NCBI RefSeq assembly: GCF_020745735.1 | Contig: NC_083434.1 | Location: forward strand, 37,755,966-37,819,965 | Direction of reading: 5' to 3' | From: Hemiscyllium ocellatum | Lineage: Eukaryota | Length of the DNA stretch: 64,000 bases | Shown here: positions 13,926 through 25,918 of the stretch, piece by piece | How the letters are laid out: every line of letters starts with the position of its first letter | Numbering within the stretch: position 1 is the first letter of the stretch | Position numbers and translations under genes: made by a program | The notes under the pieces: model-generated | What the model was told of the DNA's origin: nothing | Database searches by the model: none | Seen by the model: the letters and a program-made list of their open reading frames with translations, nothing else

Positions 13926-16242
13926 TGTTGTTTAGCATGTCTGGCCACATTATGTTCATAACTTCCTTGACCATCGAGACTGATGTGGGATTTGAACCCA
14001 GAGGCGGGGGCACTGCCCATTGCACTACAAGCCCGCTGTTGTTAATCAGTGCTGGTGTTGAAGGTGAAATCTGATGCACCAATACATTTAGCTGACAAAG
14101 GAAGTATGTGCTTAGAAATAGATCACTAAATTCCCTTTAAATTAAACAAGATAGAAATACCTTCCAGATTTTTATCTATTACTGTGAGGGCGCCAAAAAC
14201 AAAAACACAGCAACTTTCAATAGGAAGAAACTAAAGATAAATGTGCAATCACTTAAATGGTTCTGCTTATCTTGGTGTAAAAGTGTATGATGATACACAT
14301 CATATTTCACACCAAATGTGCAAAATTGTACCAGTTGCTTTGTTCAGGTTTGTCCACATGTACATAATAAGCTATTTGGAAATGTTATGAGACATTATGG
14401 GATTTGAACCTGGACCAGAGGTAGGTCTTCATATCTGGCCTAATCTGGGCCTAACCAAACAGTAAAACATTTTAGATTGTTAATCAGACAGAGATTCTCC
14501 ACAGAGAGATATTTTTCTGATATGATGACAAATTTCTCTGCATGCCAGATAGCAGGCTGACGAAGATGATGGAGAATGTGTCACACATTCACTTGTTGCA
14601 GCCTCTGAGTCAAAGAATTTTGCATCACTTCTCAATCCCAGTAGCAGCAGTGTGCACCATTCTCCAAGGTGCACTGCAGAGCAATGCACCAAAGACAACA
14701 CTTTCTAAACCTATGACCACTTCCATCTAGGAGAACAAGGGCAACACCACCAGCACCTGCAAGTTCCCCTCCACATCACTCAGCATCCTGACTTGGAAAT
14801 GTATCACTATGCTTTCAGCGTCGCTGGGTCAAAATCCAGGAATTCCCTCCCTAAGGGCATTGTGGGTCTACATACAGCACACGAACTGTAGTGGTGTCTG
14901 CAATTCACCATGTAAAAAGAGGCATGTCAACACCACTTTCTCACCAGCCAGTGACACCCATATTCCACAAGTAAATGTTTTTTTTAAAAAACTGACTTGA
15001 TTTTAAGAAGCTTACCTAATTTATCCAGTGATTGAGTTATAGAGATCAATAAACCCCTTTGGCAAGAAAGCTGACTGCAGTCAGGCAGCAGTCAGGACAG
15101 TATTTAACTGGACAGAGTTGAAAGTTAGTTTCCCACCTGACTGCTGAGTAGAAGTGTTAATGTGCTCTGCTGTTAGGGCTGGACTGAGATTCCAGGAACC
15201 TAGTCAAATGTCATTCATGAACGTCTGATGTTAATGTAAGTTTGGATGTAAGAGTTACAGTCTCATGCAAGTAAACAAAAAGTGCATTAGTCAACATAAA
15301 AAATTGGGTTTAAACAGCAAATTACGAAAAGAACTAGGAAGGTGCTTTTAGACAATAAAGTCAGAAATTGCTGGAGAAACTCAACAGGTATGGCAGTATC
15401 AGTGGGAACAAAGCAGAGTTAATGTTTTGAATCCAGTGACTCTTTATCAGAACAATTTCTGTTTTTGTTTCAGATCACCAGCATCTTGAGTTCTCTGTTT
15501 TATTTAAGAACAACAAAGTAATTCGAGATTTAGACGCAACATCAGGACATCATCACTACTGAATTTTGTTCAGCAGTCTGGACATTACAAGCTACCTGAA
15601 CATGAACTTGCAGAGGTAATGCCTTTCAGTAGATAAAGAATTCAAAAACTCACAAGGGGAAAGGAGCTGTGTGCATTATGCAGGTGCTGGGTATAACATT
15701 TCTAGGTTTCAATATCTTTTTAATTTAGGGCTGTTTTCGGAGATAATCTAATTTATCCCAAAACTAAAACACTCACCGACACATAATACCAAAGATTAAA
15801 GAAGGTGATTGATGTACCCCATCAAGGAGACGCCAGCTTCACAAACAGGGAAGAAGAGAAAATTGATGAGACTACAGTAGACTCTAATGATCTGAATCTA
15901 GTACAGAATTTAACTGTGACTAACACTGTGACTTGTGCTAAGCAACTCAAGCTATGTAAAGTACCAGGAAATACAGCTTGATCAACACTGCAAGTGGAGT
16001 TGGAGGAGCAATAATCATGAAAGATAATCATATCTGTGCACAAGATCATTCTGTAGGCACGATCAAATAGATCAATAAAACTTCTGTGGATCTGATGTAC
16101 TAACTCAGATACAGGAATATCTTTAACTGTTTAATTCAACTTGCTAAATGAATAGGTTATATCCATTTCATGCAAATTAAAATGGGGCAATGAAATCAAC
16201 TTTATTGTTGTGGTTCTGTTCGCCGAGCTGGGAGTTTTTGTT

Positions 16243-16282
16243 GCAAACGTTTCGTCACCTTTCTAGGTGACATCCTCAGTGC
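16243..16282 (-). ncRNA. Minimal type I hammerhead ribozyme (second family)
   Basis: GCA-CUGAGGA-U-GUCACC-UAGAAA-GGUGAC-GAAA-CG-UU-UGC: intact core, perfect 6-bp stem II, 3-bp stem I. Confidence 0.7.
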
Positions 16283-16953
16283 TTGGGAGCCTCCTGTGAA
16301 GCGCTTCTGTGCTGATTCCTCCGGCATTTATAGTGGTTTGAATCTGCCGCTTCCGGTTGTCAGTTGCTGTCCGCTGCAGTGGCCGGTATATAGGGTCTAG
16401 GTCGATGTGTCTATTGATAGAGTTTGTGGATGAGTGCCATGCCTCTTGGAATTCCCTGGCTGTTCTCTGGCTTGCCCTATAATAGTGGTGTTGTCCCAAT
16501 CGAATTCATGTTGTTTGTCATCTGAGTGTATGGCTACTAAGGATAGCTGGTCGTGTCGTTTCATGGCTAGTTGGTGTTCATGGATGAGAGTTGTTAGCTG
16601 TCTTCCTGTTTGTCCAGGACAAACAGGAAGACAGCTAACAACTCTCATCCATGAACACCAACTAGCCATGAAACGACACGACCAGCTATCCTTAGTAGCC
16701 ATACACTCATATGACAAACAACATGAATTTGAGTGGGACAACGCTACTATTATAGGACAAGCCAAACAGAGAACGGCCAGGGAATTCCTAGAGGCATGGC
16801 ACTCATCCACAAACTCTATCAATAGACACATCGACCTAGACCCTATATACCGGCCACTGCAGCAGACAGCAACTGACAACCGGAAGCGGCAGATTCAAAC
16901 CACTATAAATGCCGGAGGAATCAGCACAGAAGCACTTCACAGGAGGCTCCCAA

Positions 16954-16993
16954 GCACTGAGGATGTCACCTAGAAAGGGGACGAAACGTTTGC
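16954..16993 (+). ncRNA. Minimal type I hammerhead ribozyme (second family, mirror copy)
   Basis: GCA-CUGAGGA-U-GUCACC-UAGAAA-GGGGAC-GAAA-CG-UU-UGC; one stem II mismatch. Confidence 0.65.
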
Positions 16994-17140
16994 AACAAAA
17001 ACTCCCAGCTCGGCGAACAGAACCACAACAACGAGCACCCGAGCTACAAATCTTCTCACAAACTTTGAAAATCAACTTTATTTTTACAGCCTTAAAATGA
17101 CTTTTAAAAAAATATACATGATTGATAATTAAATTTTACT

Positions 17141-17952
17141 TTTGGATGTAGGTTTGCTCGCTGAGCTGGAAGATTCATTTCCAGACATTTTGTTACCCTA
17201 CTAGGTAACATCTTCAGTGGGCCTCAGGCAAAGCAATGCTGAAAATTCCTGCTTTCTATTTATATGTTTGGATTTCTTCGGGTTGGTGATTTCATTTCCT
17301 GTGGTGAAGTCACTTCTGGTTCCTTTTCTCAGGGGGTGGTAGATGGAGTCTAACTCGATGTGTTTGTTGATAGAGTTCTGGTTGGAATGCCATGCTTCTA
17401 GGAATTCTCATGCGTGCCTTTGTTTGGCTTGTCCTAGGATGGATGTGTTGTCCCAGTCAAAGTGGTGTCCTTCCTCATCCGTATGTGAGAATACTAGTGA
17501 GAGAGGGTCATGTCTTTTTGTGGCTAGTTGGTGTTCATGTATCCTTGTGGCTAGTTTTCTGCCTGTTTGTCCAATGTAGTGTCTGTTACAGTCCTTGCAC
17601 GGTATTTTGTAAGTGACATTAGTTTTGCTTGTTGTCTGTATAGGGTCTTTCAAGTTCATTAGCTGCTGTTTTAATGTTTTGGTGGGTTTGTGGGCTACCA
17701 TGATGCCAAGGGGGTCTGAGTAGTCTGGCAGTCACTTCTGAGATGTCTTTGATTTAGGGGAGAGTGGCTGGGGTTTCTGGACGTGTTTTATCTGCCTATA
17801 AATAGCAGGAATTTTCAGCATTGCTTCACCTGAGGCCCACTGAAAATGTTACCTAGGAGGGTAAGGAAATGTCTGGAAATGGACCTTGCAGCTCAGCGAA
17901 CAAACCTACATCCAAAACCTCAACCTGAGCTACAAATCTTCTCAAAACTCAC
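17141..17952 (-). mobile_element. Penelope-like element fragment (GIY-YIG domain) with inverted terminal repeats
   Basis: ORF 17408-17701 reads NVTYKIPCKDCNRHYIGQTGRKLATRIHEHQ. Inverted ends of about 120 bp carry decayed hammerheads (17181-17220 on -, 17837-17876 on +; combined consensus CCA-CUGAAGA-U-GUUACC-UAGUAG-GGUAAC-GAAA-UG-UC-UGG). Target duplication TAATTAA(A/G)TTTTACT (17126-17140, 17953-17967). Confidence 0.88.
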
Positions 17953-19015
17953 TAATTAAGTTTTACTTCACTCTATTCAATCCTTCACATATTTAATTTA
18001 ACTGACAATTGATTCATATACTTTTTCATTAGCTCTTTAGTCCTTCCCATTCATACCTGGTCTTTGTGTTCTAAAAGCTTCCTGAAATATTTGTCACCTT
18101 GCATCTAAATACAATGCACATTATAAAAGTAATAATTGACAGCAAGTGCTTTCCATGTACAATTATTAGCTAGTCAGGTTTCCAGAGCTTACAGGAAAAT
18201 TTATCCCAAAGGTACTAAATCAAAACAAATCTCCAAAGTATTAACATTGAAATATGAGAAAATGAAATGGTTTTAAATATAAGATGATTTCCTGATCTAA
18301 AAGTCACAGCAAGATCCAGGATTCACACTTTCAAGATATTACATTAGTGGTGTCTAGTGGTTTGTCACATAGACCACTTGTCTGATTTGTCTGCCTTTCA
18401 CAAGCCCAACACCAAAGTTAGCCTTTCACTTTCTTCACAGTAAGTAACAGAAAATTCATCTGAAACTTTTTCTGACAGAGATTCATAAAATCAGGGTGAA
18501 AACAAGTCTCCTTCACATCCTAGACACTATGTACTATCACACCTATACCTGTTTCAGAGTGGCAATAAATGATCAAATTCACTTAGAATAGGCACAGGTA
18601 TAAGTCAGGATGGAAAATTAAAATGGTATGGCTGATTTTAAGAGCCACATTGATGGTGAGTAGCTTTGCTCTGATCCTGATATTTATTACTAGTATAGTA
18701 ATAAAAGGAGAAATCAGAAACATAGAACATAGGAGCAGAAAGAGACCATTCAGCCCTTTCAAGCCTGCTGTACCACTCAATATGATCATGTTTGACCATC
18801 CAACTCTGCACCCTGTTCCTGCTTTCTCCACAGGCTCTTTGATACCTTTAGCCTTAAGAACTGTCTTTAACTTATTCTTGTAAATATTCAGTGGTTTGGC
18901 CTCAGCCACTTTCTGTGGCCGAGAGTATAAAATAATTCACCTTGCTGCCAATGGGACTAGATTAATTTAGGATATCTGATTGGCATGGATGAGTTAGACT
19001 GAATGATCTGCGTCT

Positions 19016-19227
19016 GTTTTCTGCATGTTTGTCCAATGTAGTGTTTGTTACAGTCCTTGCACGGTATTTTGTAAATGACATTAGTTTTGTTTGTTGTCTG
19101 TGTAGAGTCTTTCAAGTTCATTAGCTGCTGTTTTAATGTGTTGGTGGGTTTGTGGGCTACCATGATGCCAAGGGGGTCTGAGTAGTCTGGCAGTCACTTC
19201 CGAGATGTCTTTGATTTAGGGGAGAGT
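19016..19227 (-). mobile_element. Internal Penelope GIY-YIG fragment, near copy of 17554-17765, embedded in a CR1 3' tail
   Basis: About 8 mismatches in ~212 bp by eye. Encodes NVIYKIPCKDCNKHYIGQT. Flanked by CR1 3' UTR motifs (GGCATGGATGAGTT... / ...TCTCTATGACTCTAT). Confidence 0.8.
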
Positions 19228-19920
19228 ATATCTCTATGACTCTATACTGAATACAACATGCACCTAGGACAGATAATAAGAATTTTGAACCAACATTATG
19301 GATTGGACAAGATTCCAGGTCTCAGAGATAATCTCCTTCTTGTCCTTTTAAATGACGATGTTATCTTTTCACCACCAAGAATTTCCCCAATAAGGAAATT
19401 AATATGTTAACTCTTTTTTTTTAATCCCAATAGCTAACTTTGTTAAAGTTGTGTGCAATAATCTTTGGCATACTACAATGGCATGCCTTTTGTTGGTCCC
19501 AGTCAAAGATTTGTGAAAATATTTTATGTGTGTATGAGATAAGTTAAGGTATGTATCATCACAAGCTGCAGTAGAAAGGGAAACATAGATGTCATTTTTT
19601 TTTCCAGCCAGTGTATCCTAAATGGAACATAGGACTATAAAATGGTGTGCGATTCCTAAATGAAATACACCATAACCATCCTGAGGATGGCCATTCATCA
19701 GTTGAACTGACTGCTGAGAACGAATTACTTTAAAATTAAGCAAAATTTAAGCAATTAAATCATAAAGCCATCCCTAGATATTATCCTAGCTAACATTATC
19801 TAATGAATCACAAACAGATCACAAATCCTCATATTTGTGGTGGTCAGTTTTTAAAAAGGTTTTGCCGTAAGTGTAGTGGAGTTTATAAAAGTGGAATCAA
19901 TCTGCTTGGAGAACACTACT

Positions 19921-20235
19921 TTAGATTAGATTCCCACTAGTATGGAATCAGGCCCTTCGGCCCAAGTCCACACCGACTCTCTGAAGAGTAACCCACCTAG
20001 ACCCATCTCCTGTTAAATGATGCACCTAACACTCTGGGCATTTTAGCACAGCCAATTCACCTGGCCTGCACATCTTTGGACTGTGGGAGGAAACCAGAGC
20101 TCCCGGAGGAAACCCACACAGACACAGAGAGGAATGTGCAAACTCCACACAGACAGTCACCTGAGGCTGGAGTCAAATTGGGGTCCCTGGCACTCTGAGG
20201 CAGCAGTGCGAACCATTGAGCCACTGTGTCTCCCC
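19921..20235 (-). mobile_element. HE1/V-SINE-type SINE
   Basis: Same head, core and tail as 6521-6834. Confidence 0.85.
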
Positions 20236-20672
20236 TTTAGCACTGACTTATGAGGATGACTGACAAAGAAATGGATTACTGGAAAGCCAAGTTTTAATCT
20301 GTTTTTAATGGCAATGTCAATCTTTGTCAGCCTTTCTGTGTTAGTGAGCAGTTCATTTGTTCCTCTGCTTTTATTCTAAATGAATCTTTCCCTTACTGCT
20401 GCAAGGGCTATCTGGACTAATACAGGATATTTTTAAAGACTGAGCATCTGAGGTTAGAAGCTAAATACTAGTTAAAATAGTTTTGCAGGCAAAGAATATT
20501 ACACATTTGTACATTGTCTGAGATCAAGAATGGTAAAAGAAAGGCCAGCTTAAGTAATGTAAAGTGTGTGGAAAACTCAGTGGCTTCAGTCAAAATCAAA
20601 GATTCAAGACGGTAACATAAACATAAAAGGACTTGGTCACCTCAGCACTTTATACTTGAATGGCTTTGTCTG

Positions 20673-21402
20673 AGGTTGGATAGGCTAGGACCTTTTTCAT
20701 GGAGAATAGGAGGTTGAGGGCTGACCTTATAGAGGCTTATAAAATCATGAGGGGTATTGATAAAGTGAATGGAAGGTGTCTTTTTCCTAGGACAGAGGAT
20801 TTCGAGACTGGGGGCATATTTTTAAAGCGAGAGGAGAAAGATTTAAAAATAGACAATTCTTTTACACAGAGAGTGTATCATGTATGGAAAGAACATCCAA
20901 CGGATGTGGTGGATGTCAGTGCAGTTGGAATGTTTAAAAGACATTTAGATAAATACATGAATAAGATTAGTTTAGATTCCCTACAATATGGAAAAAAGCC
21001 CTTCAGCCCAACAAGTCCCACTGAAGAGTAACCTGCCCAGACCCATTCCCCTGACTAATGCACCTAACACTATGGGCAATTTATCATGGCCAATTCACCT
21101 GGCCTGCACATTGTTGAAAGAAATCAGAGCACCCAGAGGAAACGCACGCAGACATGGGGAGAATGTGCAAACTCCACACAGACAGTCACCCAAGGCTGGA
21201 CTTGAACCTTGGTCCCTGGTGCTGTGAGGCAGCAGTGCTAACCACTAAGCCACCATGCCACCCCCATAAGAAATGTTTGGAGCGATATGGGCCAACTACA
21301 GGCAGGTGGGACTAGTTTGGTTTGGGATTATGGTTGGCATGGACTGGTTGGACCAAACGGTTATTTCTGTGCTGCATGACTCTATGATTCTATGACTCTA
21401 TG
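20673..21402 (+). mobile_element. CR1 3' end with a nested SINE
   Basis: RRLRADLIEAYKIMRG...FKRHLDKYM; (CTATGA)-type tail near 21380-21402; SINE inserted at 20963-21265. Confidence 0.85.
20963..21265 (-). mobile_element. HE1/V-SINE-type SINE nested in CR1
   Basis: Same family; flanked by the repeat ATAAGA. Confidence 0.85.
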
Positions 21403-23197
21403 ATTAAGAGCAGGAACAAGATTGATCCATCAAATTAAACATGAAAATGAGATGCTTATTAGCACCGAATATTGTTCTTCATGCGTGTAGACTTCAAATT
21501 AATTGATATTTTGCTTTCCAATACTGTTAGCTTGTAATACACATAAATAACCTCACTAATTTATAACCTCAGACTCTGATCACTGCAATTATTGATATTT
21601 GGTATCCATTTGTCCTAATTTCTTGATTTGTTCAATTGCCTGTATAACCTTGCCACTCATTTTATTAAGTGAATCTGCTCATTACTGTGTTGCTACTCGA
21701 CAGCTAAGTAACCCAGATTACATTTATGCTTATCTGTTTAGTGTTCATGAACCCAACTCTAGCTTTAGTGGTGAGTCGTCAAACATGGTTAGCATTTGAT
21801 TATGGTTTTACTTCTTCAAAATTTGGCAAGGAAAAAAATGCACTCACTGTGCATCTTAAGGAAAACCTACCAAAGAACCGGTTGTAGTTTAAATTAATTT
21901 TGATTTGAAGTGAGTTGATGGAGGCATCATTGACCTTCACGTCTTCACCAGGAAGTAAAAACCCAGATTGATCCTTTGTAAAGAATTAAAGAAAGAAATT
22001 AAAGATGCAGCAAATTCCTTCGTGTATAATTATTACATTACTGAGACTCAGCTTTATTTTTTTCAAGGATCACTATGAATTATACCTTCAGGAACCATTT
22101 AGAAATTATGTTATTCATCAGTATCATCGAGAACTAACTGTAAGGAGCAACTTCCAAAATATTACCATTGCATTATCACAAAATCCTTTCAGGCTGAAAG
22201 AAGTTAACTGGTTTGCAATTACTCCCGAAAGTCAGCTTTCACTCAACTAGACAGATGTTATCTTTACGTGAATTATACTTTGGTCAAAGATTTGTTTAAT
22301 TCTGATAAAGCCCATTTAGTTGAAGTTGGCTGATTTTCAAGTGTATATACAGGAACAATTTTTTCTTAAATGGGCAAGTACTATTATATTTTAGGAACTG
22401 ACAAGTTCTTCACCTTTGCATCAAATTTGGCAATCCTTTTCATAGCTCTTCAAACTTTTGTAACTTGTCAGAGTTGGGGTAATAATACCATTCAATGTAA
22501 ATGTGAGGAAGAAGCATTTGTATCGGACACTTGATAAGCATTCAGACATGAATCCCGACATTTTGATCGCTTACATAACTTGGTGGCAGAACAGACTTAG
22601 TACTCAATTTTGACCAACTTCAGTGATCTGTATTCTAGTTCAACTACTGTACACTAATGGAATAAGAAAATGAGAAAAGGCCACAGAAGCTCTCCCAGCG
22701 ATATTAAAGCTTCCATCAAAACATAGCTGGATTTTAAAATAACTTGAATACACAAGCATCTTTTCTCTTGCTTGCTAGATAATAAATAAAATTTATCAAA
22801 GAATATATTTTCTCTCATACTTAGTATTTTGATGTTGGGTTTCAGATTTTTTCTTTATTTTTCATTCATTCATAGTATGAGGGTGTCAGTGGTTAGGCCA
22901 ACATTCATTGCAAGGATTATAGTTTCCTTCCCCGAAGGACATTAGTGAACCAGTTGGTTTTTTTGACAATCGACAATGAATTCATGATCATCATTAGACT
23001 TTTAATTTCAGATTTTTTGTATTCAAATTCCACCATCTGCCATGGCAGGATTCAAACCTGGGACACCAGAACATTACTGGTTTATGGTTGTGAGGATCAA
23101 TTAATATAATCCCAAAGTAAATTAATTATTTTTAAACATCTTAACTTATTAAATAATCATTTTACAATCCAAACAACTCAATATCTAGACTATGAAT

Positions 23198-23275
23198 TCG
23201 CTGCCTGACCTGCTGTGCTTTCCAGCACCACACTCTCGACTCTGATCTCCAGCATCTGCAGTCCTCACCTTCTCT
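23198..23275 (+). mobile_element. Penelope-like terminal repeat, 3' part (no hammerhead)
   Basis: GCTGCCTGACCTGCTGTGCTTTCCAGCACCACACTCTCGACTCTGATCTCCAGCATCTGCAGTCCTCAC; same family. Confidence 0.7.
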
Positions 23276-23899
23276 TATAAATTTGCATGAGCCAATTTAT
23301 GGAGGGGAATGGCAGACCATTTAAAAATGCATTTTCAAAACATTTACAAAGTAGCCTTCTGGATGTAGAGACTATAAAATAGGGACAAACGAAGTCAGTA
23401 TATAGGACATGCCACACAATCTAATAAACTGCTCTGAAGATATTGCCGTTGAAAGGACTTTTATTCCTTTGCCATAAGGCTCCTAGCCTCTGTTATGAGA
23501 ATTGCATTCTGCCAGGAAATCTTGCAAATTTACATCCAACAGATGTCCCAGCACGTTTTGAATATGATTCATGTGACTTTTATTTTGTTTAGTGCTTCAT
23601 GATCATTCCCTTAATTCAGCCAATGTTGCTATCCAAGCTCCAGTGGGGAAGAGACAGGGATGAATAAAGAAGAGGCATTGCAGAATAGAAAGTGGCTTGG
23701 AGCCACCTTGCACTCAGTATTAAATGTTCACTTACAAACAGCGTAATTTTTACAAATACTTACAGCCATCATGGTTGATCATTACCAATCTAATTACAAC
23801 TCACCTCATCCTTGCCTACCCCAATAACATTTCACCCCCTCACTTACCAAGGATTAATTTATCGCTACCTTACAAATATTCAAAGATTACTTTCACTGC

Positions 23900-24478
23900 C
23901 TTCTGAGAAAGTGAGTTTGAGAGACTCAAGACCCTCAGTGAGAAAGAGGTTCTCCTCCTATCTTAAATGGGTGAACCCCGATTTTTAAACGTGACCTCCG
24001 ACTTCTAGATTCTCACACAAGAGAAAATATATTTCCACATCATCCCGTCTAGACCATTCAGGACTTTATGCTTCAATCAAGTTGCCTCTCACTCTTATAA
24101 ACTCCAGTGGATATGAATCCAGCCAATCCAACTTTTCCTCATAAGACAACATGCCCATCCTAGGTATCCATTTAGTTAACGTTCTCTGAACTGTTTCCAA
24201 AGCCCTCCTTAAAGAAGCTGACATATATAGTTACACTACACTCCAGATGTGGTCTCACCACTGCCCTAGAGACCAACATTAACCTCCTGGCTTCTGTGTT
24301 CAATTCCGCTTACATATGTATAACATTCTATTAGCTTTCCTAATTACTTGCATGATAACCTTTTGTGATTCATGGAGTAGGTCATCCAGATCCCTCTGCA
24401 TGCCAGACCTCTGCAACTTCTCACCATTGAGAAAACATGTTTCCATCTTATTCTACCTGCCAAAATGAACAACACTTT
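23900..24478 (-). mobile_element. Old CR1-clade LINE fragment
   Basis: CTCCAGATGTGGTCTCACCA and CCAGATCCCTCTGCA motifs shared with the other - strand CR1 copies. Confidence 0.7.
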
Positions 24479-25484
24479 TGTAGCAAGCCAAGTTATGTCC
24501 AGCTACACAATGCTGCAAGATCTCTGCCTAGATTCCCTGGGTGGTCTTGGAAATTTGAGAGTCATATTACTAGAGGTGACATGAATCATAACTGTGAATA
24601 TGATGGACCATGCTTTTCTGTGGCAGAGCATATGTTGTTGCTTATTATTTCATTTTTGCATGGCATATTATGAAAGGAACAGCTGATTAACAGTCCAACA
24701 AGTAGATCTGTGATCTATGTAAACAGGGTAAACAATCTTTTTAAATTATCAGATTGAAAGATTGTGAAACTGGCAGCACAGAAACCAAACAGAAAGTGTA
24801 GAGTATGCGCAAATTCACTGTCAAATCAGAAATTAAAAGAGAGATAAATTGGAATAAGAGAAATATTGTAAAAAAGTAAGAGAAGTCGACAAATAATTAC
24901 AATAAACATGTTATTTGTAAAAAGCTCTATGCTAAGTTAAACTTAGCAGAATGGGACTTTGTATTTGTAGCCTTTAACGTTCAGAACTGGAGAGGATATT
25001 TGAAAGTAACTAATGGTTTTCACTTTGTTATCAGAAGTACTTGCACTGATCTAAATTGTGCCATGACTTCTCATTAATGCTAACTCATGGGTTCAAATCC
25101 CGCACCAACAGACGTTACCATGAAGGACTCACCTTCTCAGCCTCTCCCCTCACCTGAGGCACGGTGACCCTCAGGTGAAACCACCATCAGACATCTCTCT
25201 CCAGTGAGACAGCAGCACCTTGGTCTGGCAGGGCAACGTGGCTTTAATTCTGAAGAAGAGTCACTGGACTGTTAATTCTGCTTTCTCTCAGCAGATGCCG
25301 CCAGACCTGCTGAGTTTCTCCAACCATTTCTGTTTTAGTCAGCGTGTGAAATGGATGGTTATTTGGATAGAAATAATGTGCAAGGATGTGGAGAAAAAGC
25401 AGAAGATTGGTAGGAGGTGATGATGGCTGAAAATGTGTTGCTGGTTAAAGCACAGCAGGTCAGGCAGCATTCAAGGAACAGGAA

Positions 25485-25520
25485 ATTCGACGTTTCGGGC
25501 ATAAGCCCTTCATCAGGAAT
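25485..25520 (-). ncRNA. Minimal type I hammerhead ribozyme, array copy 1
   Basis: The - strand reads AUUC-CUGAUGA-A-GGGC-UUAU-GCCC-GAAA-CG-UC-GAAU: intact core, 4-bp stem I, 4-bp stem II, palindromic ACGU in place of stem III, GUC cleavage triplet. Confidence 0.8.
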
Positions 25521-25683
25521 GAGGAGGAAGAGAGCTTCTTCAAGGAAGGCATCCTTGCAAGAGGATTCGCAGTAGGTTAAAATCTTCGGGTAAAAAATGA
25601 GGTCTGCAGATGCTGGAGATCACAGCTGAAAATATGTTGCTGGTTAAAGCACAGCAGGTCAGGCAGCATCCAAGGAACAGGAA

Positions 25684-25719
25684 ATTCGACGTTTCGGGCA
25701 TAAGCCCTTCATCAGGAAT
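25684..25719 (-). ncRNA. Minimal type I hammerhead ribozyme, array copy 2
   Basis: Identical to copy 1, 199 bp away. Confidence 0.8.
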
Positions 25720-25882
25720 GAGGAGGAAGAGAGCTTCTTCAAGGAAGGCATCCTTGCAAGAGGATTCGCAGTAGGTTAAAATCTTCGGGTAAAAAATGAG
25801 GTCTGCAGATGCTGGAGATCACAGCTGAAAATATGTTGCTGGTTAAAGCACAGCAGGTCAGGCAGCATCCAAGGAACAGGAA

Positions 25883-25918
25883 ATTCGACGTTTCGGGCAT
25901 AAGCCCTTCATCAGGAAT
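25883..25918 (-). ncRNA. Minimal type I hammerhead ribozyme, array copy 3
   Basis: Identical to copies 1 and 2. Immediately followed by an inverted, mutated copy (CUGAUGAAGGGCUUAUGCCCGAAACAUC, + strand, ~25921-25948). Confidence 0.8.

Larger units (their letters stand above)
16207..17068. mobile_element. Fold-back Penelope-like element (GIY-YIG endonuclease 3' part plus terminal repeat in both orientations)
   Basis: Arms of about 410 bp centred on a 1-nt spacer at 16616 (TGTCC-A-GGACA). Each arm encodes GQTGRQLTTLIHEHQLA...AREFLEAWHSS..SINRHIDLDPIY (GIY-YIG). 14-bp target duplication AAATCAACTTTATT (16193-16206, 17069-17082). Confidence 0.9.

Noticed and set aside
16397-16973. Mirror-image 160-aa and 179-aa ORFs on both strands
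   Set aside because: Artefact of the palindromic Penelope insertion; each is half antisense, half GIY-YIG remnant.
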